From: Ramazzottius varieornatus
Taxonomy: Eukaryota > Animalia > Tardigrada
Assembly (NCBI GenBank): GCA_001949185.1
Contig: BDGG01000012.1
Coordinates: 240,973-304,972, forward strand
DNA length: 64,000 nucleotides
Direction: 5' to 3'
The first letter of the stretch is position 1. Every line of letters begins with the position of its first letter. Made by a program: the position numbers and the translations under genes. The notes below the pieces were generated by a model, which made no database searches, had not been told where the DNA came from, and was given only the letters and a program-made list of their open reading frames with translations. Below, in pieces: positions 11,822 through 24,800 of this stretch.

Positions 11822-12586
11822 CTACCCAGGCATGTCCTTATCCTCGCGCTCACGCGCTAGACGGTCTTCACGTTTGCGACTGTCAGCCTTCTCGCGGTCG
11901 TTTAGCCTGGCGTGTTTGGTCTTCTCGTTCACGAGTAGCCAAGATTCGGGCATCTTCAACGGCTCGGTCCCCGGCCTGTCGTGGGTCCTTTTTTCACGCT
12001 GTTCACGCACAGCACTATGCCCAGTGGCCGCTTCTTTGAGGTAGTCCTGAAAACCTTCGAACGCTCCACATCCCGGGCTGTTCCGCGGCGTCGGCTCCAA
12101 GGCTCTCCGCAGAACTCACAGGTATGTCCGTCCAGGCGACACTTGCTGCATCTCGGAGGCTTCCGGTTTGGATAGTTGACCACTGAGGAAAGATTAGGCA
12201 GAAAGAACATATCGGAAATCGGTAATAGAACGCCCGTACCTTTTTCGATGTCAGCTTCTGGGAAAGTCGATCCGCCTTGTCCGTTGGCGCAGCTGGGGTT
12301 TTCCCCATCACCGCATTCATCTCCAGAGGATGCTCCCCTGACGTATCCTTCCACCTGGCTCGCCGGCGCAACGTCCATTTCCTCCTTCCCTTCATCTCCC
12401 GTACCTGCAAACAAAACAGTGACCAGTTTCACAAGTACGGGACTAGGTTCACCGTAGAAGCGGCTTACCGGAGCTACACGAGGCCAGAACACTCCTGCCT
12501 AGACGTCCACGCATACGACGCGCAATGCTGAGCGTAGAGAAAGTCGATGCCACAGACGACATCGACGCCGAGTCGTCAAAGTCCAT
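11822..12586 (-). pseudogene. Spliced CCHC zinc-knuckle gene or pseudogene, probably transposon-associated
   Basis: Two in-phase GT-AG introns (~12406-12468, ~12183-12239) join MDFDDS.. to RKPPRCSKCRLDGHTCEFC (CX2CX4HX4C at 12109-12150); the protein-like continuation is in another frame. Confidence 0.5.
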
Positions 12587-12942
12587 TTCGGTGGTGGTAA
12601 CCAAGATTCGACAGGCTTCTCCGGCGACGGACACGAGGTGGACTGAACAGCACGGGTGCTGTGAGGGAGACAATACGGCTCTTCCAAAGCTTGTACGTAT
12701 GTACTTGGTGCACCACACTTCACAGGAATAAACTTCAACTTTAGTCATCCAGATGAAGGAGTAAACTGGGTGAAGCTTTATGAAAGTTCCAGCAAAGTTT
12801 CAAGTTTCGCTTCCGGTCGGTACACCAAACATTGCGATATGAGAGTGTCCGAAAGATGAGACTTTTCGCACGCAGCAGTAATGACATCACTATGAACTCT
12901 CATAGAGCTCGATTGGGGCAGAGTTGATTTGTCCAAATCTGA

Positions 12943-15353
12943 CAAGGGATTAACGCCAGTCTGTCCACTCTGATCCTTAAACCAATATGATAGCATGATA
13001 GAGCAGAGTTTGCTCCACAAACTGAGATAAACTAAATCGGCGAAATAAAAACCTGGAAGACGCCACAGGAAGCGGAAGTGACGTCAAATTCAGGGCGGAT
13101 CACCAGTGTGACAGCAAATCAACTGATTTGATTGCTTGATGGTTGATTTGATATTCATTGAACCAGTTGCGCTTGTACTCTACGCTAAGCCAAGCGCAAT
13201 CAGTTTTGCTGTGCCTGTTGCTTCATTGCTCTTACATTCATCGTTCCGTTACTGCGTGATTTCCGCTGTCGCCCGAAATGGATTCCGTTAATCCGATGAA
13301 TGTGTTGAAGCTTCTGGAGGAGGACTAAAAGCAGCTTCTCCAACTGGATGGACAACCGAGCGAGGCTGATAAGCAGTTGAAAGAACTCGTCAAAAGTATT
13401 GTACTGTTGCCGTTTACTATGGCTGACATTGATATGAGATATTCCACCTTTCTGTTTCTGTTTCAGAATTTATGGATGTTAAAATCAACCGAGCAGGTTG
13501 TTCTTCGTTGGCACTTGAAGAAGACCTGCAATATGAACTGCAAACAGACATGCAGACGATCGACGAGTTCGAGAAGTTGGTTGCTGCGTCTAATCAGCTG
13601 GCTGAACCCGACAAAAATCCTAGCCAAGAAGATAAAGTCGTCGAGCCTCCCTCCAGTGGAACGGAACCATCGTCCAACGAATTCTATGTCCCGCGAATAC
13701 CGAACCCAAAACAGCCGCCCAGTAACGCAGTCACCCTCGACTACAAGAAACGCTCCGTCGATTTCTGGAGGAATGTCGCTACGAAGAAACGACGTAGCCT
13801 TTCGTGTGTCCAGACCAAGTTCAAGAAAGTCACAAGTATTCGACAATTCTAAGAATGGGAACGACATGTTGCTGAGGGCGGTTCCATATATGATAAGCTG
13901 AAGGCGCTGCGTTTGGAGACTGGCAAGCAGTTCTTCCTGGCCAAGCAGAAGCCTCATATTGTGAAAGATATGGATATTCGACGTTGGGCTGTTACTGCGA
14001 ACCGAACCATTGGCCTGGTAGGTTTCACGGCGTTTCCGGGACAGGGTGGGAAAGTTGAAGAGGTAAACACATTGAAGAATTAAAATGAAATATGTATCAT
14101 TGCTTACGCAGATCACTTCAACCGAGAATTTCGCTCACGAGTTACTGCGCCACGCTAACGGGGTCGATATTGTAGGTATTACGGCATCGTCGATCGGAAG
14201 AACACTAAGTTCGTGACCGACAAGTACATTCAAGAAGCTCGGCAAGTAAAGAAAACTGCGGAGGAGTGTGTCGCCCTTGTCAGATCGAGGATCTCAGATT
14301 ACGGTTTGGACTGTTTGTGGAACACGGATCAGTCTGGGTTCGATTACGAGATGAGACCTGGGCGAACACTGCATCTGGCCGGCGCAAAACATGTTACTCC
14401 GATCTGTCAGTCTGAGAACTCCATGACGCATAGCTACACGATTATGATGACCATCTCGCCCGGTACGCGCAAGTTTCTCCCACAACTGTGGATCACTCTC
14501 CAGGAGGACAAAGGCGTTTTCGGTCCTATTGTGGCAAGGACAATGTTTAAAGCTGACAACCTGTATGTCACTGCTTCGGCTTCGGGCAAGATGACAAAGA
14601 AGCTCTACTTGGAATGGTGTGTAAAGATATTGTTTTCTCATGTGGAAGATCGCTGCATTCTGCTGGCCGATTCATGGAGAACCTTACCAGGAAGCTGTTT
14701 TGGAATTCAAGCCTGAAGAACTGGAATACGAAATGATCACGATTCCTCCGAAAGTGACTGGTGATATCCAACCACTGGACAGACTCTTCTTCCGAATGCA
14801 CAAAGACTTCTTCCGGAAGATCTCCAGTTTCATCATTTTGCACAGCCTTCCACTTCAAGTTCATCATCGAGACGTAATCCTCAAGATGCATTCTTTGGTT
14901 TACCAACAGTTTCAGTCTCCCCGGTTTGGAGACCTAGTGAACCAGGCCTGGCATCTGTGCGGCTATACTCACGAGTCCTTTGACTATGTAAATCCTACCG
15001 AATTCTCTTTCCCCAAGAAGTTGACTGGTCATTGCGACCATGAAAACTGCGACGACCGGCTTTTGCTTAAGTGCGGCTGGTGCAAAGCTCCTCTCTGCTT
15101 CCATCACTTCTACGATCAGTATCACCTCTGTAAAATTTATCTTCCATGAGTTCTGTGAAATTTTAGACTGTGCTAGTATAGTTGGTCATGTTATGTCGAT
15201 GTAAGAATTTGACGTCACTTCCGCTTCCTGTGGCGTCTTCCAGGATTTTATTTCGCCGATTTGGTTTATCTCTGTTTATGGAGCAAACTCTGCTCTATCA
15301 TGCTATCATATTGGTTTGAGGATCAGAGTGGACAGACTGACGTTAATCTCTTG
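12943..15353 (+). mobile_element. Tc5-like (Tc4/Tc5 group) DNA transposon with ~150-bp TIRs
   Basis: TIRs 12943-13091 and 15205-15353 beginning CAAGGG/CAAGAG; TGA (TNA-type) duplicated on both sides. Confidence 0.92.
13278..15149 (+). pseudogene. Tc5-like DDD transposase with Cys/His-rich C-terminus, disrupted
   Basis: WNTDQSGF, SMTHSYT, SASGKMTK, LLADSW, IPPKVTGDIQPLD, CGWCKAPLCFHHF; stops near 13326 and 13850, frameshift near 14685. Confidence 0.88.
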
Positions 15354-15887
15354 TGATGGTTAAAACTGAGGGTCGCAAATATGAGGGCAGTTTATGAGAC
15401 CAGACCTGTCCTTGCAAACTGTATATCTTCTCAGTCTAATATCGAGATTTTCTCGGATGTCACGTACGACCTGTCACAGAATTGTGTCATTAGTACGCAG
15501 ATTCTATCCTACTGAAGTAGAGGTTGGGTGTTCGAACAATATTCGAAAGGTCATTTTTCATATAAAAAATATTGATTGACTGATTGCCTTTCCTGAGTAG
15601 GTTTGTACTTTGTGATGTTACGCCGTTCTGCGTTCTCAGTGATTTCCTGAGAAACTCATCCGTCCGCCGCTGTGCTGTACAGTACTCTAATTTTCCACGT
15701 CCAACAATCGTTCCTCTTAAGACTTGTTCGTCCTCTACGTTTGGTGTCATCTGTTCACGTTTGTATTCATCTAGGAAGGTCAGGATAAGTGTTCGAAGGA
15801 CTGTCTTGGAATATCACCCACACCGCGTGAAGGGAGAGCTACTGCGGTGCGGAGGTAGACGAGCGAGTCGCAGGCACCGGCAGCGAC

Positions 15888-18800
15888 ATGACGACGGGTG
15901 ATACGATGGACGGAAAGGCTGGTGCGAAATCAGACAAAACGCTGATCAACTCCGAGGTAAGAAGTAAAAATCCGCTCTGTGTTGATTGGATCACTCGTCA
16001 CAAGGATGTAGAATGTTGCTTGCTATGTAGTTGCAGGATAGCCTGAAGAACTTCATCAAGAGAGGCACATCGGCCAGTCGGAAAGAACGCAGGCATATCC
16101 TTCGCGAAATCAACAGGCTGTGGAAAGCCGAAGCGACAGGAAAGACACGTGATTTTTTTTGCTGGAAAGAGCATCGTTTAACGTGAAAAATTCTTGCAGG
16201 TATTACGGATGGTCCTCTTCAAGCCATCGTGTACCATATTGGACTATGTCTACCCCGATACCTTGGCGATGCTCTTTCCTTCCAAGAACTGGTGAATTTT
16301 ATTCGCTTGATATTGGACTTGAACACAACTTCGAGTGCTTCATACATTACGGAAATGTTGGAAAGGACCACTGAGACGATCGGCCTGGATGCGCCATCGT
16401 AAGACAAAGTTCAACCATCATGGCAGATCAGGAATGGAAATTTAAGTTACGAGTAGTGCTGAACTTCGTTATTCCACCAAGAATGTTTCTCATGTAGGGT
16501 TTACGCGAGGAAACTCGTCAGGATTTGCTTGAAGATTAGTTGCCTCGTCTTTCCAAAAGTGAAGCCCGAAAGCGTCGAGTGGAGGAGGCTGGTGCGTACT
16601 GATACGACAATGTCATGATCATTCGGAACTCGGCAGACGTACTTGACAAGATCGTTCGTCATGTGGCGCACGCTTTCAGGCAATAACGCTGAAAATGTGC
16701 GCCACTTGGGAGATTGATGTTGTGTGATCTGTATGCCGAGCTGCTATATTTTCAATGTTGCGTTTCTGTGTTTCTAGATTGATGTTCAATCCCGCTTTCT
16801 TTACCTGGCTCTTTATACTGACCGAAGGACAGAGGTGCATATGGTCTACAAAGCAATGAGAACGTTGCATCGATTTGTGAGTATTGCCCTTGTCAGTCTG
16901 CACTCTGCAGCGAACAGCTCTGCGGGGCGTCTGCGAAAAATTGCGAGTCCGCCGTATCACTGTACGTTTTGTGGTTTCAGATGAACGAAAGCGCAGATGT
17001 CTTGGTTCGCCATCTAACCCGCGAGGACTCTTCTCTTTTTACACTCGGGTATCTGGCGTTCCTCTGCGAATTAGCTCAACGGAAGGGTAATGAAAGTCTG
17101 CTGGAGCAAATGCGAGCGCAGCATTTCGTAAGTCACTCGTTGGAAATTTGGTTTTGGTATCCTTGGGACGATTGGTGAACGAAGTTCTTGTTACAGGGTT
17201 CGATCTTGAAGTTCTTTCTGCGATTCACCTTTTCGTCAAAAGAACCATCCGCATCAGGCTTTCTGGTACGGTGCTGAGTCCTTCTGGTTTCATGCATGAA
17301 CATAATCCCGTTACTTGCATTATATTCGAATTTGTAGATGTTGGGAGAGCGAATAATGTCCTCCCTCGACCCCTCGAACTTCAAAGAACACTTACTTTCC
17401 CATATGGTCAAAGCCATGCTTCGGAACCCGGAAGTCGTCTTGCCCACTGTCAACGCAGCACTGCGCGGCGTGAAGTTTGATCTGAGTCCGTTCGCTATGG
17501 AAATCGGCAAGCAACTCGGAGCACAGCTTCATTCAAAGGTCGAGCAATCACGGAAATTCAGCATCGACGCCAGCAGACTCCTAGCTTCGAATTGTGCAGA
17601 TAGCGCTGTGGTCCAGGATCTTGTCAAGCATTACTTTGGCGTTCTTACTGGTTCCGAAGGTAATTGCCACTTCAACGTACTCTTTCTCTCCCGGTATTCA
17701 AGACAGTTTTACTATATAGAAAATTCTGTCGGGATCAGTATGTCATCAATTGGGAACTCGGTGAACAAAGTCGGCAAAACTCTTTTCCAATCGGCGCAAG
17801 TTTCCAGTCTTATTGGCCGTTAGCATGCGCCACTTGTGAGAACGATATTTTCGAGTTTGTTTGCCGAGTTCCCGGTTTTTGGACAATATCCTAGTTAGAT
17901 GTTCCCCTGCTTTCAGTCGTTCACTTTCAATGTCCGTCTTTCTTAGGCAAGATTACCTTGGCCGCGGAGCGAATGGACGTTCTCTCCGGCATCGGAAACT
18001 TGAGCTTTCAGCCGCAGCAGTCCTTGCAGTCTTCTGCAGAGTTTGTAACGAGTCAGTTCGTAGCCGTGGCTAATGCTGAAGCTCACGAGCAGACCGCGGT
18101 CCATGCCGTGAGCATGCTGGGTCTGTGGGTGGAGAAGTTCACCGATATCCCCCCTGCGCTGCTAACAGTTCTCAAGGGTGTCCAGACGGTGAAACTGCAG
18201 TCCGTGAAACTGGCCTACCTTGGGTTGCTGCCGGAAGTGGTGACCGAGAAGAACAAGAGCCAGATTGCAGAGTTACTTCCAAGTCTGACTAAGATCGTTG
18301 ACACCGCAACGGCCAAGCCGAATGATATGGCATTCGTGTCGGAAGCGCTACCGGTCTTGTGTGTGATGGTCCTCGGTGGTGCAGAAGTCAGTGGGAAGAA
18401 CCAGTCGCATTGGACTATACTGAACGACGAGAAGAAGCAGATGCTGACTAATGAGAAATTCCTTTCAACCTGCTCACCTCAATGTGAGTCTCAAATTGTT
18501 CTTGCTTATTAGGAATGAATTTTAAATTCCATGTGTTCGTTTCGTAGCTTTGAAGTTCCTGGCGTTATTGGTCGAACGTCTCCTGGTCTCTCACTCCGAC
18601 AAGTTGAAAGATACCACTGTCAGCTTGTGCGTTCGAGCCTTCGCCTACGTTCTGCTAAGAGCTCCCCATGACAGCCGGAAGAACGCATTAGTGTCGTGGA
18701 GGAACATCCTGGAGAGTAGGCGATCGGGAGGCTTGTCGGAGATGCTGGTGGCAGCACTGAAGACTGCATTGGTCAAGCTTAAGGCTGGGGAGACTGAGAA

Positions 18801-21800
18801 AGCCGCTGCAGAAGGGGATAGTGTGAAGGCCGTGAGCTACTCCAAAAGGGTCATTGCGGTACTGACGAGCATCGCCATTGACTATGTCGAACTGAATATG
18901 AGTGTGGAAGATAAGCGACGGTTGATGGTCGAATGCCTGCTGGTTTCGCACGAACCGGGAATCGGTAAGTTGGATCTCCATGGTGGATAAATCATAAATA
19001 ACATTCTTTCGGGTACATGCTTACAGTGTATGGTAGACTTACTATGGTGCGACGGTATGTAGGTACATGTGAACTACTGTAGACTAAGGCTTGGCGAGTT
19101 GCATCCACCTACGTACCAGAGAAACATATGAAGTGTAGGGTTCGCTGTACGCATGCCAAGCCGATGAAGGGTTTCCAGGGTTTTGTTCCTTGTGCTTCGT
19201 TGGACTTTGGGTTCCGCTCTTGATGATGCTGGATGTTCTTTCAGGTGCTTTGAGGCCGAGCATGTGGATAAGTTTACTCCGCCGATTCCAGCACGACAGT
19301 ATTTTCCCCGACAAGCTGATTGCTGACCATGCGGCAGAAATTTGGAACAAGCTTCGCAACGAGGAAGAACTGCCACAAAAAGCCATCAAGAATACTGTGA
19401 TGACGCTGATGTCGTTTCCAACTGCCGAAAGCGTGACCAAGTTCTTGGAGAACATCAAGCGAGGACTACAGGTCGCCGAAGAGAATGCAGTCACTCTGAA
19501 CGACTTTCTGGTCTTTCAGTCGCCGGTTGGCACTCTGTTTGACAAGTCGGTCTTGGATACGAGCAAGGAATCGGAAGCCGCTAAGGGAAATATCAAGCGG
19601 GAAAGCAAAGCGTATTCGTACAAGGAACAACTGGCGGAGATGGAACTACGAAAAGAACTCGAGGAAAAGAGAAAGGCAAAATCAGGCAAGGAGTTAAGGG
19701 ATGGCCGCAAAAATACCGTAGAAATTAGAAATACTGGAAAAGTAGGAGCACCGAATGCATAAAAGCAAGATAAAAGTGACATGTCGTGCTGTTTTTATTC
19801 GTACGCTAGATCATTCTTGTCCTTAGAATAACAGAAACGAGCAACTTCCGGTTGGCGGCGCGTCCCTGGGTGGGCATTGGAAGTTGCAGACAGGGCCGTA
19901 CCGACAGCTGGAAGTTGCTTGTTTTCGCCGGTATTTGATTGTGTTGCGTTCTGTAAACTTACTAGTATTTTTACATAGGTGGGAAAGACGCGCCGTTAAC
20001 AGCGAAGCAGAAAGAGCTAGTAACGAAGCAGATCCAAAAGGAAGATATTGTGAGGACCACGGTGAAACAAGCCTACGAGAAGATCAGTCGGCCTTTCTTG
20101 GTGCTGGACGCCATGCTGACTGGTAACCCGGAAGGTCTGAGGGTTTACATCAGCGATGTGATTAACATCGTCACTCCATTGCTCCACGCTCCCCTAACTG
20201 CTCCTTCCGCCTGGAACACTTGGATTCTTCTGAGTCGATGTGTCGGCCAAAACCTCCGAAAGAACAATCTTGGTAAATTTTGTGTCTCCGGCAACCTTTT
20301 CGTCTTCACTGATTTTTTTTCTGTTTCTAGCAACGTCCCTGGCTATTGTGACGCTTCGAGTTCTCGAGCCGGCCGGAACTCTGCCAAGCACCTGGACACA
20401 AGAAAGTCTCTCGAAAGCCATCCAGCGAGTCATCCATGGCCTGTTCGTCCTCTGTGACAAGCCGAACAGTGTCGAATCAGAACAGAACGGACTGGCTGGT
20501 GAGGTCGATGATGACAAGGCCTCCATCTCAGTACCAGATGGGTGCTTTGCCCTACCCCTACTTCAAAGCGTCCTGAAGTCCGATCAGTCCAAGACTCTTG
20601 GCGTGAAGGACGTTGCGGTGTCGGAAGCCTTCCATGTACTGTGTAGTGTCCTGGCGTTGTGCGCAGGAGACCAACGGAATGAACTGAATGGGTTCGAGGA
20701 CGAGGATATCATGATGGAGCTCGATGAGAACAACCCGGCGTTCTTGCCGCTTGGAAGTGTTCTTCAGACTGCTATCGACGTTGGCGAGAACGAGAAAGGT
20801 CCTTTCGAAGTAAGAAACATCTCGTAATATTTTCAAGACTTGAACGAGGAAAAAATTCCAGCCAGTGACAGTATGCGCTTATTGTTGCAGAGTCAAGCTT
20901 GTGTTGCCGTGAACAACATAGCGAAGGCAGTTGTTCGAATGGCACCTGACGAGCTCGATTGGAAGATTACCAGTTTGTTGCTGAAGATGACGCTTTCGTC
21001 GAAAACCACGATGAGGATAGCGGCAATGCAGGTACTGTAACACCATGCATGTTTTGTTCTGTGAGTACCGTAGTACTCTGTCGATATCTGGACATGATAC
21101 CGGTAACGAGGCAGACTTGCTTATCGCTGTTGTTCCTTGAACTTTAGGCACTGACGACTCTGACGGACCTGATCGAGCCTTCGTTGAAAATTCCAGAACG
21201 ACGAAGTGTGCTAATGCAGCGGATCTTCATCGCGGCACACGACATCGAAGACACTAAAGTGGCAGAATACGCAAGAGAGTAAGCTGAGCCTCTCCGAGGG
21301 CGCATGTGTTTAACCATGCGGTCTTTGGAAAGTCATTCGTGCTCTTTCTTGTAGTTTGTTCCAAGATCTGAACGTGCAGCCCAGCGAAGAACTTTTGATG
21401 TCGGTGTTGGACGATGTGATTCACCTGAAAGAGTTCGTCCGTAACTCAGCCGCCACAGCCGTCGGTATCCTCTTACCACACTACGTCAACCGGACGAAGC
21501 AGATCGTCCAGCGACTCTTTGAGATGTATGCGGAGAACATTGAGAACTGTAAGCTAAAGGTCGACAAGTTTGGTCGACCCACCTCCGAACAATTACTCAA
21601 CTCCTGGCCGGCCAGACGCGGTATCGCCCTGACCCTCAGTGAGATCGCCCCGTGCTTGAATGAGGAAGGGCTTCTGTCGGACACCATGGAGTTCCTTTTA
21701 CGCAAACCTTGTGCGCTGAAAGACGAAAAGGTAACGTACGGTAGTCTTTTCAGCGAGGTGTGTTTACGAAGAATCAAATTCAAAGTAGAATCGGTTTGAG

Positions 21801-24800
21801 TATTTCGGGAATGCTTTGTTGTAAGCGGAAGTTGCGGATTGTAGGTGCCGGTTAGGAACGACATGCTGCAAGTGGGTATCAGGCTGGTGACTCTGCATGG
21901 TAGGAAGTTCGTGGGGTTGATGCTAACCAAGTTCGAGGAGTTCCTGTCGAATGCTCCGAAGACCGCACAATACGATGTGGTGAGGCAAAACGCGGTGGTC
22001 ATCATGGGCAACTTGGCCAAGCATTTGGATGCCGGACATCCTAAGATCCGACCGACTGTCCATCAGCTTCTCGCCGCTCTCTCAACTCCCAGCGAAGAAG
22101 TAAGTTCTCATCCTTGTCTGAAATGTTCTCGCTGCAATGTTACCCAGATAACTACGCAGGTGAAGCTCGTTGAAGACGCCTGTTGTTTATCTCAGGCACC
22201 TGCATACTCCCTTTTGATTTAGATAAGTCGGAAATATGAATGCAGGTGTTCGGAAAGTCTTTCGGGTTGTTCAGTAGCCGCTCATATACGGTTTTAGTGG
22301 AGAAGATATTCACCTGGCGTGTTTTTTAGGTCCAGAAAGCAGTAAGTGGGTGTATAGCTCCGCTAGTGGTCTCCATCGAAGAAGATATTCGTTCCGTGGT
22401 ACCCAGTCTGCTGCACGTTCTCTACGAGTCGGAAAGCTACGCTCATCGCCGAGGAGCTGCCTATGGTCTGGCCGGTGTCTTTCAAGGACTCGGTATACTG
22501 GCGCTGAAAGACTATGACATCATGGTCACCGTTCTTGGTGGCTTACAGGACAAGAAGAATCTGATGCGGCGGGAAGGGTCGCTGTTGGCAGTCGCCATGT
22601 TGTCTGTGGGACTTGGTCGTGCCTTCGAACCGTTCGTGTTGAAAACCATACCCTTCGTTCTGCAATCCATAGGTAGGTTATCGCTCACAACATCTCATGT
22701 TCAAATTCCGAATCGGCAAGAGACTGGAACTTTTAGTTTGACCTTTTCAGGTGACGGTAGTGTTCATGTTCGTCAGGCAGCCGAAGAAGCTTCCAAAGCC
22801 GCCATGAGCCAGATGAGCGGCCCCGCTGTCAAGATGGTCCTTCCAGCTCTTCTGAAGGGTGTAGAGGAGGATGCTTGGCGAGCAAAGTCCGCCGCCATTG
22901 AGATGTTAGGTGACATGGCTTTCTGTGCTCCGAAGCAACTCTCGTCTTGCCTGCCCACTGTCGTGCCTAAACTGATCGAAACTCTGGGCGACTCCCACAC
23001 CAAAGTTCAAGACAGCGCAGGTATGCTATCTGAGACAATTTCTAGCTTGACAGTCATTCGTGGCATCATAACGTATGCTTGATAGTTTATTCCGTGTTCC
23101 GGCCAGAAAACCGTGTCTGTCAGCCGAACACCTGCATACAAACGCGCTGTGATAGCCATGGGGGTCGTTGTATGCAGATGATTGACGGTTGGATATACCA
23201 CATTTGCTGACTCCCAATCAGGCTGCGCTTCTCTGGTGGTGAAGTTTTTAATCTGTTGTTTTTTGTTCTAGTAAGTGCTTTGAAGAAGATTGCATCGGTC
23301 ATCAAGAATCCCGAAGTTGTCGCGTTAGTCCCAAACGTCCTCTCAGCCCTTCAAGATCCCATGCAGAAGACTACGAGCTGTTTAAGGACGATCCTCCAGA
23401 CACAATTCATTCATGTGATCGACGCTGCGTCTCTGGCGCTGTTGATGCCCGTTATCAGAAGAGCCATTTACGATCGCGGCAGTGAGAATCGGAAACTGTC
23501 TGCACAGATTATGGCTAGTCTGTACAGCTTGGCGGACCAGAAGGATCTCATGCCGTACTTAGAAGGCATCTTACCCGGTCTGAAGAACTGCTTGCTGGAC
23601 CCTGCACCCGAAGTCAGAATGTCGGCTGCGCGAGCGATCGCTGCTTTGGTCAAGGGCACAGGTAATGAAAGACTCTGGGGGGAAAAAGAAATCGAGGTTG
23701 CAAATTTGTCTACTGGGTATTTTTTCTTCAGGTGAAGCTGGATTTGAGCAACTCAAGGACTGGCTCTTCCAGAAACTGGTGGCTGAAAGCAACTCGGTGG
23801 ATCGTTCCGGTGCAGCTCAAGGTCTCGCCGAATCCATCGGTGTTCTCGGCGTCAAGAAACTCTGTGAAATGATGCCGCAATTCTTGAATGTCATCATGGC
23901 CGAGAAGACTCCATCTCACGTGCGTGATGGTTACTTGCTCGTCTTCGTCTACCTGCCAGTCATCTTTGCCCAACAGTTTACACCTTTCATCAGCGACCTT
24001 ATTCCGGCCATTCTCACGGGTAAGTGCAACGCGAATTCCATCTTTTATTGGAGTGGAGGCCGCCAAAAGAAAGTTCCAATATGCACCGAATTTCCAGTAA
24101 CGCACGCTCCCAACCGATGAGACTGATAACGTGCGCCACTTGGAACTCTACGAGATCGATATGTCAAGTGGCGCACGCTTCCAGCCGATAAAAATGAGAG
24201 CGTGCGCCGGTTGAGACAGCGATTTTGTGTAGCTTATAAACTGGTGACTCTGACCCTCCGTGACTTGCGGGATGTGAACTTGAATATTATTTTCGTAGGT
24301 CTGGCTGACGACACTGAGTATGTACGAGAAACAGCCTTACAATGTGGTCAAAGGATCGTGACGTTCTTTGCTGATACCGCCATTGAGCTGTTGCTTCCTC
24401 AGTTGGAAGATGGTATGTTCGACGAGAACTGGAGGATCAGGTACGCCTCGGTGCAGTTGTTGGGTGATCTGCTGTACAAGATTTCGGGAGCCAGCGGCAA
24501 GCACACAACGGCCGGTCTGGAGGAGGATGAGAATTTTGGAACAGAACAGTCGCATTTGGCCATTCTGCATAGGCTGGGTGAGAAGCACAGAAACAGGGTC
24601 CTCGCTGGTCTGTACATTAGCAGATCGGACAATGGGCTGGTGGTGCGACAAGCCGCCTTGCACGTTTGGAAGGTAAGACTCCACCAAATTTTTCAGGATC
24701 TGTTGAAAGGAGAAATGATGAGTCCTCTACAGCGAACATACTTACTTTGGAAACTTTTATTGTATTCTCAAAAATTTTGACTGCCATTAATACGTGATGC

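Larger units (their letters stand above)
10507..15421. mobile_element. Putative older outer TIR element enclosing the zinc-knuckle gene and the Tc5-like element
   Basis: GAGTTTGTGAGGACAGGTCAGGTCTCATAAA at ~10507 is the degenerate inverse of TTTATGAGACCAGACCTGTCCTTGCAAACTG at 15391-15421, which is followed by TA. Confidence 0.5.
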
